From positions 32,001 through 96,000 of the forward strand of contig OZ251459.1 in NCBI GenBank assembly GCA_965242525.1: a DNA stretch of 64,000 nucleotides. Reading direction: 5' to 3'. The notes under the pieces are model-generated. The model made no database searches, was not told the DNA's origin, and saw only the letters and a program-made list of their open reading frames with translations. This stretch comes from an uncultured Candidatus Binatia bacterium. Lineage in GTDB: Bacteria; Desulfobacterota; Binatia; UBA9968; JAJDTQ01. This document shows, in pieces, positions 56,321 through 64,000 of this stretch; the first letter of the stretch is position 1; every line of letters starts with the position of its first letter. Made by a program: the position numbers and the translations under genes.

Positions 56321-56382
56321 GTTCCGGGCCGGTTCCGATCCGAGGATTCCGGGTTATCGGTTCAAATCAAAAGGAGGTCAGC

Positions 56383-56895
56383 ATGGCAACCAACCCCGAA
56401 GCGTTGAAACGGCAGGAAGCGGAGAAGGTCGATTACGACTGGGGCACGCTCTGGCCGCACTACCACAAGGAGCGGATGAACTGGGCCACCGGGTTCCGCA
56501 CCCGCGGCGACGTGGACATCCTGTTCCTTTCGGGCTCCACCGGACGGGACCCGTTCGAGGACGCGCCCAACAGGAACCCCGCGGAGGAGCGGGAGGGGCG
56601 CGGCAAGGTGGTGGGCGGCATCAAGGAGCAGACGCGCCAGGCGTGGCAGGATATCAAGGACAACCTGGAGATGATGGGCGGCGAGCTGAAGCACATCGTC
56701 ATGCTGCGCTACTTCCTCACCCGGAGGGAGGACGTGTTCGACATGCGCGACGAGATGTACAAGTTCTTCGAGGAGCACGAGCCCGACCTGCGCGCCCATC
56801 CTCGTCCCGCCACGTTGCTGCGGGGCGTGGGCATCGACTTGCCGGACATGCTCATCGAGATCGAAGCATGGGCCGCGGTGCCGCGGAAGAAGTAG
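56383..56895 (+). CDS. RidA/YjgF-family protein
   Basis: LFLSGSTG, IKEQTRQAWQDIK..LE..G, PATLL.GV...PDMLIEIEAWA; AAGGAGG RBS. Confidence 0.85.
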   Translation: MATNPEALKRQEAEKVDYDWGTLWPHYHKERMNWATGFRTRGDVDILFLSGSTGRDPFEDAPNRNPAEEREGRGKVVGGIKEQTRQAWQDIKDNLEMMGGELKHIVMLRYFLTRREDVFDMRDEMYKFFEEHEPDLRAHPRPATLLRGVGIDLPDMLIEIEAWAAVPRKK

Positions 56896-56964
56896 CCCCG
56901 GGAAAGTAGCCTCGTGAACCGGGGGTCCGGCGCGCCTTCGCGGACCCCCGACCCCCTCTCGCCC

Positions 56965-57738
56965 TCAAGGCCAGTCCAGCTCCGCGGTCACCGGAGCGTG
57001 GTCCGAAGGCTTGGAGCCTTTCCTCTCGTCCCTGTCCACGCCCGCGGAGGTGGAGCGCGACGCCAACTCCGGGGTGGCGAGTATGTGGTCGATGCGCAGC
57101 CCCTGGTTCCTCGGGAACGCGAGCTGCCGGTAGTCCCACCACGAGTAGATCCCCGGGTCCGGGTTGTGCATGCGCACCACGTCCCGGAGGCCCCAGTCCA
57201 GCAGCCGCGACATGACCTCGGTCATTTCGGGATTGAACAGCACCGTGCCCTGCCAGGACTCCGGGTCCGACGTGTCCGCCTCCTCCGGCGCGATGTTGAA
57301 GTCCCCGGAGACCAGCAACGGCGTGTCCGGGGCGTGGTTCCCGTCCAGATAGACGAGCAGCCGCTCCAGCCATTCCCGCTTGTATGCGTACTTGTCGGAC
57401 TCCACCTTGTCCCCGTTGGGGACGTACACCGACAGGAACCGTATGCCACGGACCGTCCCGCCGATGCAGCGCGCCTGGGGGTCGTCCACTTGGTCGTCGA
57501 ACCCCGTGCGCACGTCCTCGATGGGCGCCCGGGACAGGATGGCCACGCCGTTGTAGGTCTTCTGGCCGTGCACCGCGGCGTGGTAACCCTGCTCCTTCAC
57601 CGCGTCGTGGGGAAACCGGTCGTCGGTGACCTTGGTCTCCTGGAGGCACACCACGTCCGGGCTTTCCCGCGACAGCCAGCGCAACAGGCGTTCCTCGCGC
57701 GCACGCACCGAGTTCAGGTTCCATGTGACGACTTTCAA
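56965..57738 (-). CDS. xth: Exodeoxyribonuclease III
   Basis: TWNLNSVRAR, CLQETK, YNGVAIL, YVPNG, GDFNIAP, YSWWDYR, GLRIDH, PSDHAP. Confidence 0.97.
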   Translation of the reverse strand: MKVVTWNLNSVRAREERLLRWLSRESPDVVCLQETKVTDDRFPHDAVKEQGYHAAVHGQKTYNGVAILSRAPIEDVRTGFDDQVDDPQARCIGGTVRGIRFLSVYVPNGDKVESDKYAYKREWLERLLVYLDGNHAPDTPLLVSGDFNIAPEEADTSDPESWQGTVLFNPEMTEVMSRLLDWGLRDVVRMHNPDPGIYSWWDYRQLAFPRNQGLRIDHILATPELASRSTSAGVDRDERKGSKPSDHAPVTAELDWP

Positions 57739-57945
57739 GCTCTCCTCCCCGGCGACGTTTTCGGCTGCATAGATGAGCCGGTGGGTCTTGTCAACGACAA
57801 CGCTGCGCCGCCCGGAAGTCGTCCCCGCGGTCGCCTGCTCGACGGATCGGCGCCTGGGTCATACCCGTTGCTCTCGGCGACAACGGCGTGGGGGCGGCGG
57901 CCGGAACCGCGGGAAGACCGGGTCCGGACCGCGGTTTGCCGTGCG

Positions 57946-58767
57946 CTACGTCCGCGCTTCCGGCTCGGCGCCCACCGTCCAATAGCGTCCGTCGCTTCGC
58001 TTCAAGCCGAGGGGCGTCTCGTAGAGGTCCCGCAGCAGGCCCTCGGTGACCACGTCCGCGGTCCTGCCCGACCGGAACACCCGACCCTCCTTCAGGACGA
58101 GGGTCTTCTCGAAAGCGGGCAGGATTTCCTCGGTATGGTGGGTGACGTAAACCAGGGCGGTCGATCCGCTCGTGCGGCCAAGCTCCTGGAGCGCCGAGAG
58201 CAGGCTTTCCCGCGCCCCCGGGTCCAGCCCTGCGCAAGGCTCGTCCAGGAACATCAGGTAGGGACGGGTCATCAGCGCCCTGCCGATGAGGACCTTCTGT
58301 TGCTCGCCCTGGGAAAGCGCGCCGAACGCCCGGTCCTTCAAGTTGCTGCACCCCATCCGCTCCATGACGGCTTCGGCCCGGGCGTAGTCCTCCTCCCCGG
58401 GATGGACCGTGGACATCTCCAACAGCCCGACCTGCGCGAACTTGCCCGAGACCACCGTGCGCAGCGACTTTTCGCGGACGGGTATCTGCGAGGTCAGCGA
58501 CGCAGTGACCCATCCGATGCCTTTGCGCAACTCCCGGAGGTCCACCCTCCGCTTCCCGTTGCGGTAGATGACCCCGCCCCGGTTGGGCCACAGGTAGCCG
58601 CACGCCAGTTTCAGCAGCGTGGTCTTCCCCGATCCGTTGGGTCCCAGCACCACCCAGTGCTCTCCCCGGTCCACCACCCAGTCGATGGAGTCGAGGATCG
58701 TGTGGCGCGCCGCGGCGTACGAGACGTTCCGCACGTCCAGCGGGACCGTCGTGTTCATCCCGTGCAT
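57946..58767 (-). CDS. ABC transporter ATP-binding protein (ModF/YlmA-like)
   Basis: GEHWVVLGPNGSGKTT, LSQGEQQKVLIGRAL, LDEPCAGLD, VTHH. Confidence 0.9.
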   Translation of the reverse strand: MHGMNTTVPLDVRNVSYAAARHTILDSIDWVVDRGEHWVVLGPNGSGKTTLLKLACGYLWPNRGGVIYRNGKRRVDLRELRKGIGWVTASLTSQIPVREKSLRTVVSGKFAQVGLLEMSTVHPGEEDYARAEAVMERMGCSNLKDRAFGALSQGEQQKVLIGRALMTRPYLMFLDEPCAGLDPGARESLLSALQELGRTSGSTALVYVTHHTEEILPAFEKTLVLKEGRVFRSGRTADVVTEGLLRDLYETPLGLKRSDGRYWTVGAEPEART

Positions 58768-58849
58768 CCCTTCCCTGACGACCCCGGCGCAACGCGGCCG
58801 ATGGCTTGCCTCCGGGTCCGCGGCGCCCATGGCCGGGTCTCGACGGCGG

Positions 58850-59524
58850 TCATCCGTTTGCGATGCGGCAGGCCTTCCAGTTCTTCGTCCAGTGTTCGTC
58901 GGTTTGCACGTGCCCTTCCCGGACGCTCTTGCAGACGTTGCGAGGGAACTCGCTGGCGGGAAAGGCGGCTTCATGCCGTATCACCACGCCTTCCCGCGCA
59001 CCGCCCAGGGCCGACGGCTCCCGATGCGCCCGCGTCATGAACTCCCGGATTTCATCCACCGACCGGAAAGAACCTTCGAACAGCACGGGAACCACCGGGA
59101 TGCCGCGTTCCTTCGCGTAATCCGCCAGCGTCCGGAACGATGCGAACGAGCCGTCCCGGAAGCGAAGCGCAAAGGCGTAGAAGGTCTCGTCTTCGGCCAC
59201 CGGGTCGTATGCGATGCTGTGCACGCCGTAGATGTCCTCCCCGTAGAGGAACACGTCCGGGTCCGTCACCTTCCACGCATGGTGCTTCCGGACCATCGCC
59301 ATCCATTTACCGGCGGACGGCGCGGAGACGCTGCGCCCATAGACCTCGCCCCTGTGGATGAGCGTGTTGCCGCCGTCGAGCTTCTCGGTGGCCACCACCG
59401 GCGTCCCCACGAACCGCCCCGGCTCCGCAACGAGCTCGTCCCTCTCGCTCACCGTCGGCGAGTAGGGCCAGTAGGGGGTTTTCGGGTACTTGAGCATGGG
59501 ATTGGACGTTGCAACGACGATCAT
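58850..59524 (-). CDS. ATP-dependent RNA ligase family protein (Rnl2-like nucleotidyltransferase)
   Basis: KYPKTPYWP, TEKLDGGN (motif I), LYGE (III), FYAF (IIIa), REGVVIR (IV), KSVREGHVQT (V); alternative start at 59497. Confidence 0.88.
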   Translation of the reverse strand: MIVVATSNPMLKYPKTPYWPYSPTVSERDELVAEPGRFVGTPVVATEKLDGGNTLIHRGEVYGRSVSAPSAGKWMAMVRKHHAWKVTDPDVFLYGEDIYGVHSIAYDPVAEDETFYAFALRFRDGSFASFRTLADYAKERGIPVVPVLFEGSFRSVDEIREFMTRAHREPSALGGAREGVVIRHEAAFPASEFPRNVCKSVREGHVQTDEHWTKNWKACRIANG

Positions 59525-60033
59525 GCAGGTTTCAACGGTTTTGAAGCATGCTGTGGGCAAAGCTGTTGTACGGTCACGCCCAGACCTCTCGTCAGCGCTT
59601 TCTCTTGATTCCAATCACTGTCCATCGCGTTGAGGATGTTGGCCTTCCCAACTACAGCCGTTGCGAGAAACTTGCGGTCGGATGGGTCCAGACCGTTTTC
59701 TGGCAGTTCCTCGAAGCCCCTGCGTTTATCGCTGCCTGGATCGCTGCATTGCGTAATCGAAACGCGACGCACGCGTTCTCCGCTGTACTGATGATTAAAG
59801 ACGTACTTGAAGAACATGTCTCCCAACCCTGGCCCGCCTTTCCAGTTTAAGTTTTTACTATATTCATCGAATATGAGGTCCTGGTCGTCAACGACAACAA
59901 CTTGCCGACTGTGCGGACTGCAAATTTCTCTCAGTTTCTCTCTGCATGTCAATTGGCACCCCTCGTCCGCGTGTATGTCTCCTCGTCCATTGGCCACGAT
60001 GGCAACGTTGGTTTCCACGACGTAAGCTGTCAT
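59521..60033 (-). CDS. PIN-fold putative ribonuclease
   Basis: VVETNVAIVAN, IFDEY, LDPSDRKFLATA, NAMDSDW acidic pattern; lower GC. Confidence 0.72.
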   Translation of the reverse strand: MTAYVVETNVAIVANGRGDIHADEGCQLTCREKLREICSPHSRQVVVVDDQDLIFDEYSKNLNWKGGPGLGDMFFKYVFNHQYSGERVRRVSITQCSDPGSDKRRGFEELPENGLDPSDRKFLATAVVGKANILNAMDSDWNQEKALTRGLGVTVQQLCPQHASKPLKPA

Positions 60034-61424
60034 TTCGAGGCTCCCATCCGTCTTTTCATGGATGCATCGACGATGGCGGCAATCTCACCCATTTCATCTC
60101 CAAAAAAATTCTCTGGCCAATTTTCTATTTTACCCCACTCATTCAGCTTAAGGTCGTTCAATTTGGCTGCGCCACGGCTTGTCTCAACGAAATAGAGCTT
60201 CATATCCGATGAAGGCACTTTCTCTTCGGCTACACGGCGCTGGAAGCGCCGCAGCAAGTGCTCGCTGTGGCTTTCTACGATAATTTGTACCTCACGTTTC
60301 TTGGCAACCTCGATCATCACTTCTGCCAACCCGCTCTGGACGGATGGATGTAGATGGATCTCAGGTTGTTCCATCATCACGATGGAGCCTTCCGGCACGT
60401 AGTACAGGAGTACTAGGACGGGCAGCACTTGGGAGACGCCGAACCCGACATCCGTCAACGTTGTCTCGGGACCACGCGGATCTTTTTTCACGCGGGCTTG
60501 GTAAAGGTTTGTCCCGGATCCGATCTCTTCGATGCGGAACGAATGGATCATGTCTAATTCGTGTAACCAATAGGCGATCATTTCCTGAAACGTCTTGAGC
60601 CTTCCGCGTCCGATGTTTCGCTCCTCTCCTCCCGCGGTAGCCGCGAGAATGGCATCGACAGTGCGTTCGCCGCGTGGCCCCACCCCGTCAGGGCTAGCCC
60701 CGGACCATCGGTACTCGCGTTGCGGATATTCTCGGAGAGGGCCGAGGTAGAATATCTTGTCCATTAGGCCTTCATACTCGTACTCGAACTCGCTAAGAAA
60801 GCTGGTGTTCTGAAAGTACGTCTGGGCTTGGTCCGGAAAGAGGTGGCTCTTGGTCGGGCCGGACAGGGGCCATCCTCGCCCTTGATTACGAACGAAGTTG
60901 AACGGACGCTTACCCTCTGATTTGATCTGGAATTCCTGGGATCCTTTTGTCCTTGTCTCGTCACTGATCTTGGGTTCGATCCCGAACGTAGTTTCCGAGA
61001 AGCCGTATTCCATGCGGCGCGCTGACAGATGTTCGTCTATCAACCCTATCTGGTTCAACCCTACTCGAGTGCTCAACCGCAGGTCGTCTCCTTCGTAGAG
61101 TATGTCCTTGCGACTACCCATGGGATCATGGATCTTGAGAGGCTTCAGCAACTCCCAATTTAACATCCAGCTAATGTCTGTATTCCGGTCGTTTCCATGC
61201 ACGATGGCCTGGTAGTTCCCGAGGTTCACCATCTCGTTGGGTCCGCCGAAATCCAGCACGAGCCTCCGGTCCGTTGCATTCTTGGTTTGTTTGAGCAGTA
61301 GCAGCAACTGGAGGATGCTGCTCTTGCCGGAGCTGTTCTCCCCAAACAGGCCGGTGACCTTGCCGAAATGCATTTGCAGTTCGCGCCAAGCCTTGAAGTT
61401 GGTGACTTGAAGCTCTTTCAACAT
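60030..61424 (-). CDS. AAA_15/AAA_21 ABC-type ATPase with C-terminal DUF3696
   Basis: NFKAW, GENSSGKSS, YLGPLR, DVGFGVSQVLP, MEQPEIHLHP, VESHSEHLL, WPENFFGD; lower GC. Confidence 0.9.
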   Translation of the reverse strand: MLKELQVTNFKAWRELQMHFGKVTGLFGENSSGKSSILQLLLLLKQTKNATDRRLVLDFGGPNEMVNLGNYQAIVHGNDRNTDISWMLNWELLKPLKIHDPMGSRKDILYEGDDLRLSTRVGLNQIGLIDEHLSARRMEYGFSETTFGIEPKISDETRTKGSQEFQIKSEGKRPFNFVRNQGRGWPLSGPTKSHLFPDQAQTYFQNTSFLSEFEYEYEGLMDKIFYLGPLREYPQREYRWSGASPDGVGPRGERTVDAILAATAGGEERNIGRGRLKTFQEMIAYWLHELDMIHSFRIEEIGSGTNLYQARVKKDPRGPETTLTDVGFGVSQVLPVLVLLYYVPEGSIVMMEQPEIHLHPSVQSGLAEVMIEVAKKREVQIIVESHSEHLLRRFQRRVAEEKVPSSDMKLYFVETSRGAAKLNDLKLNEWGKIENWPENFFGDEMGEIAAIVDASMKRRMGASK

Positions 61425-62770
61425 GGGTTGTTCTCCTTCCTTTGGTTTGCATCAAGTTCTCTGACATCCGTAGGTTCCGGGCGTGGGCCGGTGCGATCCT
61501 CCGCTTTCAGCGCGTCCAGCGCTTCCCGGACCAGCTTTCGCCGTAGCGCCTTTTCCTCGTCCGGGGGGAGGCTGGCGTCGCCGGCCACGTGCACGATTCC
61601 GTGGCCCAGGACCACGCGGTTGGAGCCCACCATCCTGGCGATGGGGAGGGCGGAGGTCATCTGCACGACCGGGACGCCGGCTTTTTCGAGTTCGGTGGTG
61701 ATCGCAGCGCCGCTGCGAGTGCTGGTGCCTCACGTGGAGGTGAGGATCACCGCGTCCACGCCTTCGCGCTTCACCTTCTCGGCCATCTCCCGGCCCAGGC
61801 GGCGGGTGTTGGAAAGGGGGTTGGAGAGGCCGGAGGTGGAGAGGAACTCCCCGTGGACCTTGCCCACCGCGCCTTCCTGTTCCAGTTCCCTCAGGGCGTC
61901 CAGGGGCACCAACCGGTCCGGGTCGGCCTGCACGAAGCGCGGGTCGTAGCCGCCGTGGGAGATCTCGTAGTCCTCGCCTCGGAGGTCGTCCGCGCCGGTG
62001 ATGTCGTAGGCGCCCCACCGGGTGGCCGCCATCCCCTCGATGGCGTCCGGGTTGCCTTTGGGGACGAGGCCGCCGTCGGTGATGAGCATCACCGTGGCGC
62101 TGGAAAGGTCTTCTACTCCTCTGGGCTTGGCCACGGGCTCGAAAGAGGTAACGGGCATCTCGGAGTCGAAGGGCCGTCCCTGCACCTTGGCCAGGACCAT
62201 GTCCACCAGCCGCTCGGCCGACGACTTGTCCACGAACTCGTCCCGTATCAACCCTCGGGTGAGGTAGCCTTCTTCCCGCGGCGCTCCGATGGGCTCCCCG
62301 GCCGCGAGCTTTCGCGCCAGCCGGGCCATGCGCTGCACGACCTCCTTCATGCCGGCCGCGTTCCGGCCGGAATCGACGATGTAGAGGCCCTCCCGGTAGA
62401 GGTCCACTCCCGGGTTCTCCTCGTGCATGGCCGTGAGCGCGGGGATACCGAGTTGCGTCTGCACCGCGCTGCACAGGGCCCCTGCGGCCATGCCGTAGCG
62501 GCCGGCGTCGAAGCACGGGCCGGCCACGAACAGGTCTGCCCGGGAGTTGCGGACGTGCTCCAGCACCGCGGCGATGAGCTCCTCCTGGCGCTCCACCGCG
62601 TAGTTGTCGCCGCAGACCAGGGTCTTGACCACCGCGGCCCCGTCCCCGATTGTCTGCTGTAGCAGGCGGCCGGGACCCAGGGCTTCGTCCGCGGCCCGAA
62701 GAGGGCTTCCCGCATGCTCCTCGCCGCCCATCCCGCCGAAGAACTGGTTGAGGTAGTGGACGATCCTCAT
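61418..62770 (-). CDS. grdB: Glycine/sarcosine/betaine reductase selenoprotein B, with UGA at 61730-61732 read as Sec
   Basis: HYLNQFFGGMGGE, GPCFDAGRYG, TDGGLVPKGNPD, HGGYD, DAVILTST-UGA-GTSTRSGA.ITTELEKAGVPVVQ continues in frame into the 61418-61666 ORF. Confidence 0.88.
61702..61718 (-). promoter_or_regulatory. Putative bacterial SECIS hairpin
   Basis: On the mRNA, TCGCAGC-GGC-GCTGCGA (7-bp stem, G-containing loop) begins 11 nt after the UGA. Confidence 0.7.
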
Positions 62771-62838
62771 GGCTTCCGACCCCTTTCCCGGCTCGTGCGC
62801 AGACTCAGCCGGTCAGGACAGGCCTGCCGATGCCGCAT

Positions 62839-62902
62839 GGATTCCCGCCCCCGCTTCCGCGAGGACATGCTTTCGCGGGAATGACGGAGAGCTGAATGAC
62901 GG
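62839..62902 (-). repeat. REP-type palindrome related to the 5.2-kb array
   Basis: GGATTCCCGC...TTTCGCGGGAATGACGG with an inserted segment. Confidence 0.65.
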
Positions 62903-62994
62903 AGAACCTTCTTCATCGTCGTTCCGGACTTGAGCCGGGGTTCCCTGCTCGGACAGGCCCCAACCCGTGCGCCGGGGCGAAGCCGAACCGGCTC

Positions 62995-64000
62995 CTAATA
63001 GACCACCGCCCGCAGCCGGGACGCGCCCTGCTGGTTGGCGACGCCCGCCACGTTCATGGCGCTCAGTTCCCGCGTCCCGGCAAGGAGTTCGCCCATGGCG
63101 GACGTAGCTGCGACCACCCGCGGGGCCGGCGCCGCTTGCCACCGGGTGTCGTTGCCGCCGCCATAGACGATGGCGTTCACCTCGGGAAAATTGAACAGCA
63201 GCGCGGACTCCACCCGGCGGTCCCGCGACACGTCCGAGACCATGACCGCGGTGCGGACGCCCTGGGTCTCCAGCAGCCGGGCGGTCTCCGCCAAGTCCGC
63301 GTGGGGCACGCCCCCGCCGTACTTGGTGAGCACCGCGGCGTCCGCGCGCAACGCCCACTGGACCATGCTGGCCGCGGCGCGGCAGTTCCGGTCCCGGTCG
63401 GCGTTGTCCGCCCCGGCAATGGTGGCCACCGTGCCGACGAAATCCAGCTCGCCCGCCTGATGCCGGCGGTAGAGCTCGGTGACGACGGGATGGTTCTGGT
63501 AGCCGTAGGTCTCGGCGCCGCCCATGGATGTGTAGTACGAGGTCACCAGCGCGCCGTCGAGCCACTCGTCCGGATGCAGCAGGACCGGCAGCATGCCGGT
63601 GGTGTTCAGCCCGTAGAGCACCGGCTCGTCCAACTCCGCCTGCCGTTGGCGGGAGAAGACCTGCCCCACGTAAGCCACCCGGGGCAGGCCCGGGCGACCG
63701 GGCGGGCCGGGGCCGACGGTCTCGAAGGCGCGGCTTTCCGCGGGCGCGTGCGGGAACGCGGCCCGGGCCACGTGGACCGCGGTCTTGAGTCCGGCCACGC
63801 GCTTGGCCTTCCGGGCCGTGGATGCCCCCTTGCCCGGCGCCGTGTGGGGGATGACCACCAGGTGGTGCAGTTTCGAGTAGCACGAGCCCTCGGCCGCGGG
63901 TCCCGTCATCTCCAGGACCCGGCCGATGGAGCCTCTGGAGCCGCCGCCGGCGTGCTCGTCGAGGACCGTGACCGCCATGCCCTCCAGCACGTGGGTGGCG
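62995..64000 (-). CDS. Glycine/sarcosine/betaine reductase component B alpha/beta proprotein (GrdE-like), 5' end outside the window
   Basis: LPRVAYV, LHPDEWLDGALV, TYGYQNHPVV.ELYRRH..ELDFVG, ADAAVLTKYGGGVPHAD; adjacent to grdB. Confidence 0.85.
   Translation of the reverse strand, partial: ATHVLEGMAVTVLDEHAGGGSRGSIGRVLEMTGPAAEGSCYSKLHHLVVIPHTAPGKGASTARKAKRVAGLKTAVHVARAAFPHAPAESRAFETVGPGPPGRPGLPRVAYVGQVFSRQRQAELDEPVLYGLNTTGMLPVLLHPDEWLDGALVTSYYTSMGGAETYGYQNHPVVTELYRRHQAGELDFVGTVATIAGADNADRDRNCRAAASMVQWALRADAAVLTKYGGGVPHADLAETARLLETQGVRTAVMVSDVSRDRRVESALLFNFPEVNAIVYGGGNDTRWQAAPAPRVVAATSAMGELLAGTRELSAMNVAGVANQQGASRLRAVVY

Noticed and set aside
61730-61732. Nonsense mutation making grdB a pseudogene
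   Set aside because: The UGA is at the family's known Sec position and is followed by a SECIS-like hairpin and an intact downstream frame

Overview
High-GC bacterial window; gene content and repeat style suggest a Deltaproteobacteria/Binatota-like organism (inference only). The housekeeping backbone holds thyX (partial), tkt-tal-rpe, tRNA-Ala(GGC), recN, nadK, hemH, plsC-rnj-ftsK-lolA, dksA, proC and xth. Three accessory blocks interrupt it. (1) 14.8-18.5 kb: a Dam-like N6-adenine methylase with an SphI-like HNH endonuclease, an AbrB/VapC pair, a decayed DUF4258/DUF2283 pair and a YhcG/DUF1016 nuclease. (2) 33.4-53.5 kb: a DISARM-related defence island with an SNF2 helicase, a 1885-aa type IIG-like N6-methylase, and a 1988-aa YprA/DUF1998 helicase fused to a Vsr-like nuclease and a LexA-type S24 autoprotease domain; an inverted XRE-ImmA/PIN pair and two AAA-DUF4143 genes are interleaved. 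(3) 58.8-61.4 kb: an overlapping AAA(DUF3696)-PIN-RNA ligase cassette placed directly behind a selenocysteine-recoded GrdB-type reductase whose UxxCxxC motif reads UxxSxxS. A family of ~135-bp TIR-bounded MITE/REP elements with co-varying arms and internal tandem expansions is scattered through the intergenic regions.
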